A DNA stretch of 64,000 nt from the IMG/VR virus record IMGVR_UViG_3300018080_000100. One strand, given 5' to 3'. The position numbers and the translations under genes were made by a program. Position 1 is the first letter of the stretch. Each line of letters opens with the position of its first letter. Of this stretch, positions 1-9,662 are shown piece after piece. The stretch is from a virus. The notes under the pieces are model-generated. The model ran no database searches. It saw nothing but the letters and a program-made list of their open reading frames with translations, and had not been told where the DNA came from.

Positions 1-5
1 AGCAC

Positions 6-689
6 CTACGTGACAGACGTAGTTGAAGGCGAATCGCATTGTTCTTCCTCCTCTTCCGTGGGTTCGAAGCTTCCGGTGTAGTTCACCGTTTGTAACTCCA
101 TAACCCCCCGAAAGACACGAATCACATTCACGCATCCAGGGTCCTGGTCGATCTCCCTTGCGCGGTGCATGGGCAACGCCATGAGATGCGCTAGAACCGC
201 CCGGTTCACACATCTGTGGGAGATAACTACCACACGCTGGTCCGGATGCTTAATGGCGAGCTTCTCGATGAAGGCCAGGGCTCGACGGCAAATCTGGGAG
301 AGGTTCTCTCCATCAGGAAAGCCGTATGTCCCTGGGTCCGCCAAGAAGGCGCCATAGTTCTCGTCGTCTTCCCGCATTATACGGTCCCACGACAAACCTT
401 CCCAGCTCCCCATGTCGGCTTCTACGAGGGACGTGCAGAAAGTCACAGGTCCATCCACCGACGTGTTGACGATGCGAGCCGTCTGAACCGCCCGACCCAG
501 GGGGCTCGCGTAAATCGCATCAATGCCCTTACCCTCGAAATACTCGGCCAGGGCGTTAGCCTGCGCAACTCCACGATCGGACAGGCAGATGCCAGTGGCC
601 ATCCGCTGTCCCATCAGGATAGGGTAGTTCTGATCATTGTTGCTCGTGGCACAATGACGCATCAGATAAATGATGCCCGAACCGTCCAT
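6..689 (-). CDS. histidine phosphatase superfamily (phosphoglycerate-mutase-like) protein
   Basis: N-terminal LMRHC(G)-type RH motif and C-terminal VVISH motif. Acidic E-rich tail. Confidence 0.55.
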   Translation of the reverse strand: MDGSGIIYLMRHCATSNNDQNYPILMGQRMATGICLSDRGVAQANALAEYFEGKGIDAIYASPLGRAVQTARIVNTSVDGPVTFCTSLVEADMGSWEGLSWDRIMREDDENYGAFLADPGTYGFPDGENLSQICRRALAFIEKLAIKHPDQRVVVISHRCVNRAVLAHLMALPMHRAREIDQDPGCVNVIRVFRGVMELQTVNYTGSFEPTEEEEEQCDSPSTTSVT

Positions 690-691
690 TT

Positions 692-1450
692 CTACCTCCT
701 AGTAGCTTCCAGCTCCTTGTTGACCATGTCGGCCGCCCATTCGACGTTGGTGCGGCGAAGCATATCCGAATCGAGGATGACGTGGCTGCCACCGACCTTC
801 ATGATCTCGGTGATGCCGGCGAGCTTACGTTCGTCCTCGTTGGGTGTCTCCATATAGTTGTACGCGCGGCGTTGGGCGAATATCAGGAGCGGGATCTTCT
901 TGCCGGCCTTGCGCACAGCGCGCACGTCGTCGTACTCAATGAGGATGCCGTCGGCACCAGCAGCGACTAGCTGCTTGGCTGCCTGCGTGACATGCCCGGC
1001 ACGGCGTACGCGCAACTGCAGGTCGTCTACCATCTCTGCGTCAGTGATACAGTGGGGCAACGCGCTGACGAATATCCGCGGGCGCTTGATCTTGTGCGTC
1101 AGTGCTTTGCTCGCTTCGGCTGCCTCCACTGCAAGTTGTATGCTTTGTGCCCCGGCCAGCGCGCTGACGGTGATCGCCTTGATGCCCTGCTTGGCGGCTT
1201 CCGTCACGCATTGCCATAGTTCAGCCCGGCTGCTCAGCAGCCGCATGTCCAGGACGACGTCGGTGATGCCCAGCTCGTAGAAGCAGCGCACCCCAGAAGG
1301 TCCATGGGCTAAGAAAAAGTTAGGCGTTATGACAACAGTTCGGGTACAAGACCGCATGTCTCGAGCCACCATAATGGCGGCTTCGAGACTAGCGGTATTA
1401 AGCCAGAGTGCCACTGTGTCTCGCAGTAGCTGCTTTGGCAGTTTTTTCAT
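692..1450 (-). CDS. TIM-barrel-like protein (OMP-decarboxylase / KGPDC-like fold?), function unclear
   Basis: Alternating beta/alpha pattern; VVLDMR and GADGILIEY segments. Weak family assignment. Confidence 0.3.
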   Translation of the reverse strand: MKKLPKQLLRDTVALWLNTASLEAAIMVARDMRSCTRTVVITPNFFLAHGPSGVRCFYELGITDVVLDMRLLSSRAELWQCVTEAAKQGIKAITVSALAGAQSIQLAVEAAEASKALTHKIKRPRIFVSALPHCITDAEMVDDLQLRVRRAGHVTQAAKQLVAAGADGILIEYDDVRAVRKAGKKIPLLIFAQRRAYNYMETPNEDERKLAGITEIMKVGGSHVILDSDMLRRTNVEWAADMVNKELEATRR

Positions 1451-1470
1451 TGGGCTCTCCTGGGAGCTTA

Positions 1471-2358
1471 CTACGGGTGTTCACCGTATCCGCGGCAGTT
1501 GGCCTCTTCGAGGGAAGCGACCAGCTGCTGTGCGCCGTCCTCGCCGACGGAGTCTACAAGCGCTTGGCACTGCATACGCGACAGTGTCGTCGTGGCGACG
1601 AGCATATCGACCGTGCTCGGCGCCGTGTACTTGTACGCTTCCGGACGCGATTCCGCAATCGCCTTCAACTGCATTGTGACGAAGACGGTTGCATTGATAC
1701 CCAGGCCGGCATGCAGCGCGTTGACTGTACTCGACCTAACCCACGGACACAAGTCGCGCAACACGTCATAAAGCGCCTTCGACGCTAGTGCAGGCTGCGG
1801 CGCTGCTTCGCGCATGGCTTCGCTGGCCGCAGCCATATCGTCGACGCCGATGTCCTGTCCGCAGACGTTTACCGTTGCCTTGCACTCAGGCGCCTTACGG
1901 GCGCCGGTATCAATAGCGGCCAACTCCATCGCAGCGTCCTCGACCTCCTGGGCCAAGTGCCCGTCGGGCCAATCGGACGCAAAGTCGCCCTCGATGACCC
2001 TGGCCGGGGTAACGCCAGTACGCTTCACACGGATCTGCGTCGGATAGTCGGTAGCCGGGTCCTTGAAGAACTCCACCGTGATCCCGCTATCCCGCAGCGT
2101 GAAGTCCGTACCCCTGCGGAGACCCGTATCGATGGTCTCCCGCAGCACGCGAACGGCTGCCTTTACGTGCTCGTCGATCGCTGCGCGCAGCAGGTCCGGA
2201 TCGTGGAACCACACAGGCTCTTTCGGCAGACGTTCCCACAGGTACGCGGTGTAAAACCCGCGGCCCATCTTGTCGGGATCGTCCTCCGTCACGACAATGA
2301 CCCATTGGTCGCGACTGTAGTGACCGCTCGGGCCTCTCTTCAACTCTCGGTCCATCAT
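1471..2358 (-). CDS. hypothetical protein
   Basis: 295-aa minus-strand ORF in the co-directional array; 4-bp overlap with the downstream gene. Confidence 0.5.
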   Translation of the reverse strand: MMDRELKRGPSGHYSRDQWVIVVTEDDPDKMGRGFYTAYLWERLPKEPVWFHDPDLLRAAIDEHVKAAVRVLRETIDTGLRRGTDFTLRDSGITVEFFKDPATDYPTQIRVKRTGVTPARVIEGDFASDWPDGHLAQEVEDAAMELAAIDTGARKAPECKATVNVCGQDIGVDDMAAASEAMREAAPQPALASKALYDVLRDLCPWVRSSTVNALHAGLGINATVFVTMQLKAIAESRPEAYKYTAPSTVDMLVATTTLSRMQCQALVDSVGEDGAQQLVASLEEANCRGYGEHP

Positions 2359-2756
2359 TCACTTCCTTTCAGTAACAGGTAGATGACGCCCACGTGGAGC
2401 GTCGTTTGGACAAACGAACTACCGAAATACTTCCGGTGCTTGAAGAACCGGTCTCGCTGGTGTCCTTGCCAAAAGGACCCCAGCTGAGAAGTTCTTTTGG
2501 CACCACCGTACTGCTTCAACATATCGCGCACACGCGCTCGAGAATGACCAGCTTCCAGCAATGCTGCGGCGCAGGTAAGCACCGTAGCGTCGAACAGTGA
2601 CAGTAATCTTGCGCTGCCTCGACCAGCCCGTGAGGCCCGCAGGCCCTCTACGAGGTCGTGGTCGAGTGCGTAGCGCAATGTTCGCAAAGGTAGATCTGTA
2701 CGTTCGGCGATCGCCGCTAGGTCTAGCTTTTTGATCACATGATCAACTTTGGTCAC
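2355..2756 (-). CDS. putative HTH DNA-binding protein; its start overlaps the recurring palindromic motif
   Basis: Helix-turn-helix-like segment LDLAAIAERTDLPLRTLRYAL. The inverted-repeat motif at 2729-2750 lies over the 5' end; the true start is uncertain. Confidence 0.35.
   Translation of the reverse strand: MTKVDHVIKKLDLAAIAERTDLPLRTLRYALDHDLVEGLRASRAGRGSARLLSLFDATVLTCAAALLEAGHSRARVRDMLKQYGGAKRTSQLGSFWQGHQRDRFFKHRKYFGSSFVQTTLHVGVIYLLLKGSE
2729..2750 (-). promoter_or_regulatory. conserved inverted-repeat motif overlapping the start of an HTH gene
   Basis: ttttgatcacatgatcaacttt. Confidence 0.4.
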
Positions 2757-2786
2757 CGGTATCCTCCTGCAAGTATGATAGCACTA

Positions 2787-3794
2787 TCAGCTATCTTGAA
2801 CAACCCCCTCTTGAGAAGATTCGTCATTTTCGGCGTCTTTTAGCCGAATGTTCCGCGGAGCCCGGTTCTCAATGGGGGGTAGGTCAGGGCCGGCCGCGGT
2901 AACGATCTCATTGTCCGCCATCACGGCGTCGTAGCTGTCGGACGACCAGTTGCCAAACATCCGTTGCTCAGCCCGACGCCGGTTCGCCAGCTGTTGATAC
3001 GCTGATTCGTACGTAGCGCACGCTGGACTGTAGGATGGCTGCGGGTCTTCCAGCCGATGCGCGCCGCCAACCAGCCGTCCCATGCTCGTAACGTAGGGTT
3101 CATGCCCTGCAGCGTATTCGACAACTACGATGTTATCGAGGCGCTGCAGCACACGGCACATACCCCAAGCGACAGCGTCTCTGGAACGAAACTCCGCAGC
3201 GTTTATGGCCTGATGCCTGTCGTCGTAGATGAGATCCGTGTCTTGCCAGTCCTCGTCCTGATGACGGTTCTGCACCATGTAGGACACACGCGGCGATACA
3301 GGTGGGTTACTCGGAAGGGCGCCCATAGCTACCTCCAGATCAGAACGGCCATCCGGATAGCGCCGGTTGGCTATGTCGTCGTCCGAACGCACCATCGTCA
3401 CAGAGTCGTCGTAATGGCCGAGTCGGCGCGCAGTCTCGGCGGCCGCCACCATCCCTTCCGTCGGTATTGGCTCTACGGTCTCGTAGTGATCCAACAAGCC
3501 ACCAGGCGCAGGCACGCCAGTGATCGTTTCGACCGGCTCTACGTTCACCACCTTGTTATTGGCGATGACCATACGATAGCGCGGATGGCCGGCAGGAAAC
3601 TCGACCAGGACCCGCGCATCGCGATCGATCACGCGGCAAGCAATACGCTCATCACGCGAGCGCCATTCGGCGTCGCGCGCTGCGTTACCCAGGTCAGCAT
3701 ATTCCACACCACTGCCCCAATCGTTCCCATCGCGGGCACGGTGCTGCACCCAAAACTTATTGGGCTTCTCCCGCCTACGAAACGGCCATACCAT
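2787..3794 (-). CDS. hypothetical protein with internal two-fold repeat
   Basis: Two repeat copies: ARDAEWRSRDERIACRVI..FPAGHPRY and AINAAEFRSRDAVAWGMCRVL..YAAGHEPY. Confidence 0.5.
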   Translation of the reverse strand: MVWPFRRREKPNKFWVQHRARDGNDWGSGVEYADLGNAARDAEWRSRDERIACRVIDRDARVLVEFPAGHPRYRMVIANNKVVNVEPVETITGVPAPGGLLDHYETVEPIPTEGMVAAAETARRLGHYDDSVTMVRSDDDIANRRYPDGRSDLEVAMGALPSNPPVSPRVSYMVQNRHQDEDWQDTDLIYDDRHQAINAAEFRSRDAVAWGMCRVLQRLDNIVVVEYAAGHEPYVTSMGRLVGGAHRLEDPQPSYSPACATYESAYQQLANRRRAEQRMFGNWSSDSYDAVMADNEIVTAAGPDLPPIENRAPRNIRLKDAENDESSQEGVVQDS

Positions 3795-4446
3795 CGAAGC
3801 GTTCCTCTGGTCGCGCTATGTCCACGTGCTCCAAGCAGATGCGGGACCACAGCTCGAAATCGTCCATCGCGGCTACCAGCAAGTCCTTCGTACGCCAGTC
3901 CAGCTCGACGATGTCGTCTTCGTTGGATTGACAGTCGGTAGCGGCGCCAAGGTGCAGCACATGCACCACGCCCAGATGTACCTGCCCTACGGGCGTTTGG
4001 TCCTCGTGGACAAGCCCGACAGTGCGCATGGTCCAGACAGGCGGCTGGGGCTTGAATTGCAGCTCCTCCGTCAGCTCGCGCAGCATGCCGCGGATATACA
4101 TGTCGGACATGAACTCGTTGCGCTCAGCGAGACGGCCCAGCTGCGAATACGCGAGATCGCACGGGTTGATGTGCCCGCCGATGCCGATCGAGCGCTTGCC
4201 GTGCAGCCGCTTCTCGCCTTGCCCGCCGCCGCGCCAGTAATTCATGAGGCGCTGGCCGCGTTCCACGATGATGTAGGGGATCAGCTGCTTGAAGCTGGAA
4301 TCCTCTTCTACTGCGTCGCGCGGTTGGAACGACTGGTTGCTCTCTGCGAACAGCGGCGTGTAGTTGCTGCTGAGCGGCATGAAGCCGTTGAAGTAACCGC
4401 ACTCACGAAACAGGGGTGTGCCTACGCACAGAACTTCTTCACTCAT
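3775..4446 (-). CDS. Nudix-like hydrolase (tentative)
   Basis: GGHINP...RGMLRELTEELQF resembles a Nudix box (REuxEExGu). gaaaggag SD upstream of the internal Met start at 4446. Confidence 0.4.
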   Translation of the reverse strand: MSEEVLCVGTPLFRECGYFNGFMPLSSNYTPLFAESNQSFQPRDAVEEDSSFKQLIPYIIVERGQRLMNYWRGGGQGEKRLHGKRSIGIGGHINPCDLAYSQLGRLAERNEFMSDMYIRGMLRELTEELQFKPQPPVWTMRTVGLVHEDQTPVGQVHLGVVHVLHLGAATDCQSNEDDIVELDWRTKDLLVAAMDDFELWSRICLEHVDIARPEERFDGMAVS

Positions 4447-4493
4447 TGTGACTCCTTTCACAGAAATATAGCGACTCTGCCCAGACGGGTCAA

Positions 4494-5228
4494 CTAGAAC
4501 GTCCGGAGCGGAATGCCACCCATCAGGGCAGCGTGTGTTGAGAATGACGACCAATAAGTCCCTATCAACTCCTTGGTGCGTGCTAACGAGAATAGATCGA
4601 TTGCCGAGTCGGCCACAGATGTATGCCGGCCACGTCGTGCGCGCTGCGGGCGCATAGTCTGTTCGCGCCAGATAATACGATCGCCGTAGAGCCGCCGCAG
4701 CCACTTCACGCTGTCGAAGTTGTCCGAACAGAGCAGGAACTGCGCGTCGGCGTCTTCAGCGACTACGCGATCAAGCTCCTTCTTCAACAGCGGGTCGGAC
4801 TGACGACAGTTTGGTAGGTCGGTACGCCGGACATGCAGGCCAATGGCGTCGGCCGGCACGGTCTCCATGAACGCCTCCAGCGTGTCCTCGAACTCTGGCT
4901 GCAGCCGTAGCGCACGCGCCCGTGCTGTGGCAATAGTCATGAATTCGTCGTGGGGGATCTCCAGTTGCGTCCTGTTGTACCATTCGACGATGTGCGTCGA
5001 GCGTTCTCCTACGAACTCGCGGATGCGCTTGTACTTACGCCCATCACGCCGAGACGGCATGATCGCGCAGGTGTCTGGCACGAATACGTCAGCGAACGTG
5101 GAGCTACACGCCGCATGTCGGTTCCAGTGCACCAGAAACGACAAGCCGTAGTAGTCGGCAATCGCCCCAATGCCGGTCCAACCACGCAGCCTGTTGCACA
5201 GGCCGCTCTGCGTGCAGTGCTGCATGAT
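4494..5228 (-). CDS. GT11/GT23-type fucosyltransferase-like glycosyltransferase
   Basis: N-terminal SGLCNRLRGW resembles the GGLGNQMFQY motif. IGLHVRRTDL matches the HxRRxD fucosyltransferase motif I. The longer ORF version (to 5480) overlaps the neighbouring gene. Confidence 0.5.
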   Translation of the reverse strand: MMQHCTQSGLCNRLRGWTGIGAIADYYGLSFLVHWNRHAACSSTFADVFVPDTCAIMPSRRDGRKYKRIREFVGERSTHIVEWYNRTQLEIPHDEFMTIATARARALRLQPEFEDTLEAFMETVPADAIGLHVRRTDLPNCRQSDPLLKKELDRVVAEDADAQFLLCSDNFDSVKWLRRLYGDRIIWREQTMRPQRARRGRHTSVADSAIDLFSLARTKELIGTYWSSFSTHAALMGGIPLRTF

Positions 5229-5266
5229 AACCGGGAACGTGTGGCGCGTACGTCCAGGCGCCGGAA

Positions 5267-5798
5267 TTATGCCGGTCCTTCGCGGGATAGCTTTTCTGCA
5301 AAGCGCCTCAGCCTGCTTTTTCCAGTTCTGTTTACCCACGGAAATGTCCGATCTGGGACGGGCAGATTTAGAAACGCGCATAGCGGCTCCCATCCGTCGC
5401 CGCCGCATACGTCGTACACCAGCAGGTCGTCCTGCCGTTCCGCAAAGTGCTTGTAGACAGCTGCTGTGTGCTCGTCCCATTTTCGTCTATGCAGCGCAGG
5501 ACTGCCTCCAAATTGCGACATGCGGCTGATGATCCACGGGTCCATGTCTCGGACAGTCAGGATGAACTTGCTGCCCGGGTACGCCGCGTCCAGCTCGCGG
5601 AACATGTAGTTGATCGGCGAGTCACAGAAAGCATTGTACTCCTCGTCGAGAGAGTGCAAAGGCGGCTTTCCGTGTCGCTTGTTCTGCCTGGCAACCGTCT
5701 TGACCTTGCGAGCCCAGTGCAGGCAATTGAAGCCGAGGATGTTCAAGGCCTTCTGCAGCGATGCAGTGCCGGTCTTGTTCATCCCTATACCAAGTATG
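5267..5798 (-). CDS. sulfotransferase (P-loop PAPS-binding type), tandem paralog A
   Basis: GIGMNKTGTAS 5'-PSB-like P-loop. Paralogous to 5812-6357. Probable GTG start with an aagggga SD. Confidence 0.6.
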
Positions 5799-5811
5799 AG
5801 TGATTTGGCCA

Positions 5812-6357
5812 CTAGGCTAATCCCCTTCTTTTTAGCGCTCGGCGACGGCGACGGCGTAGGTACGGCGTCGTCTTGTTCTTCCACGGGAACGGCTGATCGG
5901 GCACAGGCACGCCTAAGAACTCGCACAGCGGCACCCAGCCCACGCCGTCGCATAGATGGTACACAAGGATGTCGTCTTCACGGCCCTTGAAGTAGCGTGC
6001 CACCGCCTCGCAGTGGTCGTCCCAGCAGCGAGAGTGGTACTGTCGCGTATCACCGAATTGGATCATACGGCTCTTGATCCAGGCTTCCTTGCTCCGCATC
6101 GTGAAGATGAAACGGCTACCCGGATATGTGATGTCCAATACCTCAAAATGCAGGGGTATGGGGCAGTCGCAGAACGCGCGGTACTCGTCGGTGAGCGAAT
6201 GCAGTATCGGCCGCTTGCGCAGCTGATTCTCCTCGATGACCTTGCTGACACGTACTGAGTCGTGTAGGCAAGGAAACCCAAGCACGTCCAGGGCGCGCGT
6301 CAGTGACACCGTCCCGGTCTTGTTCATCCCTATGCCAAATATGAATGGCTCATCCAT
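5812..6357 (-). CDS. sulfotransferase, tandem paralog B
   Basis: MDEPFIFGIGMNKTGTVS P-loop at the N-terminus. Aligns with the upstream paralog along its length. Confidence 0.65.
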   Translation of the reverse strand: MDEPFIFGIGMNKTGTVSLTRALDVLGFPCLHDSVRVSKVIEENQLRKRPILHSLTDEYRAFCDCPIPLHFEVLDITYPGSRFIFTMRSKEAWIKSRMIQFGDTRQYHSRCWDDHCEAVARYFKGREDDILVYHLCDGVGWVPLCEFLGVPVPDQPFPWKNKTTPYLRRRRRRALKRRGLA

Positions 6358-7093
6358 GATGCTTCCTCGCTGCTTCTTCTAGCGCCGCAGACTCAGCTGG
6401 TGATACACGCCAGCGTTCTGTCTTACGACCTTTCCAGTTACGTCCCAAATGTCCCAAATGCAGCACTGCATAATCAACCCACGGCAGCAGCAGGCGTTTC
6501 TCGTCAGCCCACTCGAGCCCCAGGGCCACATCATACTTGGCCGCAGTGCGGTTTTCACTTATGCCGATTGGACGTGTCGGGTAGTGCCAGAGTTGAAAGT
6601 AGCCTTCGATACCGATCGGGTTGGATGTTGGGCGCTTGCCCCACACCTTGTTCTTACGCACAGCAGGTAGCGGATCAAGCCCTAGAGAATACCAGGACTT
6701 CTTGCGTTTGCACCGCTTCCACTGCGCCTCGGTCTTACAGCTACGACGACGCGCGCTGTAGAGGCACGTCTTGTCCAACTCGTTGAGTCCGACCCTGTCC
6801 GGTGGCGGCGGCATCATCAGGATGTCGGAATCCATAAACAGCAGCCAGCCGTCCGGCTTAGCATAAGCCAGTGCCTCGTTGAGAGCTGCCCCCTTGTTAA
6901 ACGGCGCGTTGTATTTGTTCCAAGCGCATGTCTTGAAGCACTCAGCGCCGCACCGCTTTGCCACCGCTTCCGTCGATCCGTCCGTCAGGCTCGTAGCCAC
7001 TACCACGCGCCCGTAACGTACCGCCTCCGGCAGCGTCAACGCTAGGAAGTCGCTGTAGTCGACGCTCGTCATTATGATGGTGAGCTGTGGCAT
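6350..7093 (-). CDS. GT-A fold glycosyltransferase (GT2-like)
   Basis: DxD-like FMDSDIL motif and N-terminal Rossmann-like beta strand. 8-bp overlap with neighbouring genes. Confidence 0.5.
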   Translation of the reverse strand: MPQLTIIMTSVDYSDFLALTLPEAVRYGRVVVATSLTDGSTEAVAKRCGAECFKTCAWNKYNAPFNKGAALNEALAYAKPDGWLLFMDSDILMMPPPPDRVGLNELDKTCLYSARRRSCKTEAQWKRCKRKKSWYSLGLDPLPAVRKNKVWGKRPTSNPIGIEGYFQLWHYPTRPIGISENRTAAKYDVALGLEWADEKRLLLPWVDYAVLHLGHLGRNWKGRKTERWRVSPAESAALEEAARKHHG

Positions 7094-7096
7094 ACG

Positions 7097-7750
7097 TCAT
7101 TTGGCTTTACGGATCATCTTCTTGTGCCAGCCGCTCATGAAGGACCGACGCCGGTACTTCCCGCGCAGCTCGGAAAAGCCGTCTTGCTGACCTACGATCA
7201 TCTTCTTGGCCACCAGGCACAGCGACTTGGGCTGCACCTTGTAAGCGTACCAGCGATCGATCGGCTGGGTCGCCACGCAGTACGCCGGGAACAGCGAACG
7301 GTGTACAGCATAGGCGTGCCCGCACAGGTAGCCGCCGCGTAGCTGACACAGGTGTTTGCTGAAATCGCGCGCACCCGTGGGTATGTTCACGCGGCGCTGT
7401 GACGGATAGCCGCCCATGTAGAACAGCCGCCAATCCGTCTGCGACAGCTCATGGATAACGCCGGCCATCTCGGAGGTATCGAGCACCTTGATATCGTCCT
7501 CGAAGATAAGGACGTTGTCCAGATCTTCTTCCATCGCCCAGTTAGCGCAGGCGACGTGGGACCGGTAACACCCGCGTTCGGGGTCTTCCGGGTCTTCGAT
7601 TGCAGAGAAGCGCTCCACGCGGTGCGCTATACCCATCTTCTCGAACTCGGCCTGGGCCTGCTCCCAGCGATCGGTGTGGCTGTCCAGGTTGATACAGAGA
7701 ATACGATCGAAGTATCCGCACGGGTTCAGCCCGTCGAATTCCTTAGTCAT
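7097..7750 (-). CDS. glycosyltransferase family 25 (LPS/LOS beta-1,4-galactosyltransferase-like)
   Basis: ILCINLDSHTDRW signature near the N-terminus and an IFEDD acidic motif. Confidence 0.6.
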   Translation of the reverse strand: MTKEFDGLNPCGYFDRILCINLDSHTDRWEQAQAEFEKMGIAHRVERFSAIEDPEDPERGCYRSHVACANWAMEEDLDNVLIFEDDIKVLDTSEMAGVIHELSQTDWRLFYMGGYPSQRRVNIPTGARDFSKHLCQLRGGYLCGHAYAVHRSLFPAYCVATQPIDRWYAYKVQPKSLCLVAKKMIVGQQDGFSELRGKYRRRSFMSGWHKKMIRKAK

Positions 7751-8565
7751 TTGAAGCTCCTAACGGTTGCGGCCAGTGGAAACGGGCCTCTGGCAGAGAA
7801 GTCGACTCTGCCCTTTGAGTGCCACCGTGTCCAGCGCCACGACGGCCGAACTAGTGAAGCTAGGCCGATGTGCTGGCACACCGCTGGGTGCATCCGATAG
7901 ATGTCGCACGCGCTACGGACGTGCGCGCAGAACTTGTTGTCGAAGCCCATACGCATGTTATGGCGTCGACTGGCCCAAGGGAGCACTGCTTTGATGCCTT
8001 CGGGCGTGACGTAGTAGCACTGCGCCGTGACGCCACCATGCGGCACGTACGTCATCGGGCTGCGCTTCTGCGAATTCTTCTTGTTGATCCAACATCCGGC
8101 AACAAGACCGACAGGACGTCGATTTGGTTCAGGCTCTTGCGCTGCAGTCGTCATACGCGCCATCCAGTCCGCGTTGAACACTACGTCGTCCTGCATAATT
8201 ATAATGCCGTGATCACGCCCGAAACTTTCGACCATCCGGCAGAACGCCTGACAGGATGCGTTCACCACGCCGGACGGGCCACGGCCCAGGCGGATGACCC
8301 GGACCTTGCCGTCCAAACCCGGGCTCTTGTTCCGCGAACGCACCTGATCTAGGTCCATATCGCGCCACCGCTGCGACCTCGGCCACGATGCGCCTACAAA
8401 CACCGGCTTGTCCGTGTACAGGTAATCCTTTGTGGACTGCTGGTTGCTGGCATCGTCAAAGACAACTACCTGCTGGTCAGCAGGTAGGTCAGATGCGCTA
8501 AGCGAACGCAGCGTCACATCGAGCATGGTGTGACGGTTACGTGTTACAATCCCGATCGGAATCAT
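7747..8565 (-). CDS. GT-A fold glycosyltransferase (GT2-like)
   Basis: IGIVTRNR...VVVFDDAS pattern typical of GT2 N-terminal region. ATGA overlaps on both sides. Confidence 0.5.
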   Translation of the reverse strand: MIPIGIVTRNRHTMLDVTLRSLSASDLPADQQVVVFDDASNQQSTKDYLYTDKPVFVGASWPRSQRWRDMDLDQVRSRNKSPGLDGKVRVIRLGRGPSGVVNASCQAFCRMVESFGRDHGIIIMQDDVVFNADWMARMTTAAQEPEPNRRPVGLVAGCWINKKNSQKRSPMTYVPHGGVTAQCYYVTPEGIKAVLPWASRRHNMRMGFDNKFCAHVRSACDIYRMHPAVCQHIGLASLVRPSWRWTRWHSKGRVDFSARGPFPLAATVRSFK

Positions 8566-9662
8566 GCCCAGTCCTTGATATACGGCTCGACGGCTATCAG
8601 ATCAGGCCGCTGTTCGACAGCCTGGTCGCGTGATGCCTTATCATAGAAGATTCGCAGCACGTAACCACCCCAACCAGAGCCACAGTATCGATGGCAGATC
8701 TGTCCAGGCATAGACGTCAGTGGCGCCATCCCTTCGTCCAGTTGCATCTCGTGCGTGAGCGCAACGCCCTCCGCTAGTAGATGCAAATTGTTGTCAGCTA
8801 CGCCTGCATGGGCACGCGCGCCGGCTTCAACTAGCTTGTCGTAGTCTCGTGGCGTATCCACGAGGTCAACCGTGCAATGCGGCTTGCCTGTCCATTCCAG
8901 CAGCATTCTGCCGTTCAGCATCTCCGGATTGCGTTTGAGCACCAGCACGGGATATGCACCGGAGCGCCAGCTGCACAGCCCTGTCTCTTTGATGACAGCA
9001 GGGTCTTGCCAGCCAACACCGCTACGCAGCTCCGCGGCCACCGGGTCTTTACCCTGCAACAGCGCCCAGGCCGCAGAGCCGCCCACACCGCCTCCAGGCT
9101 TGTACACAGGCTTATCCAGGCTCATCATCGGCGTGATCGCGCAGTTCACGATGCAGCCGTCGTCGCGCGCCAACCGAGGCACGTCGAGCCAGCCGCCGGC
9201 CAGGTCCACCCGCGCGGGACAGCGATCGGGCGCAGCCATTTTGATGCGCAGGTCCGTGGAGCTAACGCTGTCGGGCACCGGTGTCTTCGGAATCTGTACG
9301 TACTTGACGCCGAGCTTGGCGCACAGCTCCTTCTTCTGCGAGACGTACTTGTCATCGACCGTTGCGGCGAGGATGTCGAAGTCGCCCGAGCGCATCGTCA
9401 GCTCGAAGTTCGTCTCAGGCGCCCAGTCGCTGCCGCCGATTACTACGGAGTCGACGAAGTCTATCGAGAGTAGGATGAGCTTCTTGTGCGACGCAGGCAG
9501 ACAGGGTTCACGACCCTTAATCTGCTTTACGACGTCGTCCGTAGGCACAACGACCGTCAGATGATCGCCGAGTGCTTTGGCTTCGCGAAGAAATTGGACG
9601 TGACCGGCGTGGATAACGTCGTACGTCCCGCTGACAAGAACCTTTACTTTCCGATCTGCCAT
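8562..9662 (-). CDS. bifunctional nucleotidyltransferase (HxGH cytidylyl/adenylyltransferase-like) + GHMP sugar kinase
   Basis: N-terminal KVLVSGTYDVIHAGHVQFL (H-x-G-H). C-terminal KPGGGVGGSAA (GHMP P-loop). Start assigned to the internal MADRK. Confidence 0.6.
   Translation of the reverse strand: MADRKVKVLVSGTYDVIHAGHVQFLREAKALGDHLTVVVPTDDVVKQIKGREPCLPASHKKLILLSIDFVDSVVIGGSDWAPETNFELTMRSGDFDILAATVDDKYVSQKKELCAKLGVKYVQIPKTPVPDSVSSTDLRIKMAAPDRCPARVDLAGGWLDVPRLARDDGCIVNCAITPMMSLDKPVYKPGGGVGGSAAWALLQGKDPVAAELRSGVGWQDPAVIKETGLCSWRSGAYPVLVLKRNPEMLNGRMLLEWTGKPHCTVDLVDTPRDYDKLVEAGARAHAGVADNNLHLLAEGVALTHEMQLDEGMAPLTSMPGQICHRYCGSGWGGYVLRIFYDKASRDQAVEQRPDLIAVEPYIKDWA

Noticed and set aside
169-857. 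Long plus-strand ORFs (for example 216-857, 3057-3941, 3760-4497, 42153-42872, 50027-51328) opposite the minus-strand genes
   Set aside because: The translations are Arg/Ala/Pro-rich low-complexity. They fully overlap well-supported minus-strand genes with recognisable motifs. They have no SD sequences. This is typical of open antisense frames in GC-rich DNA.
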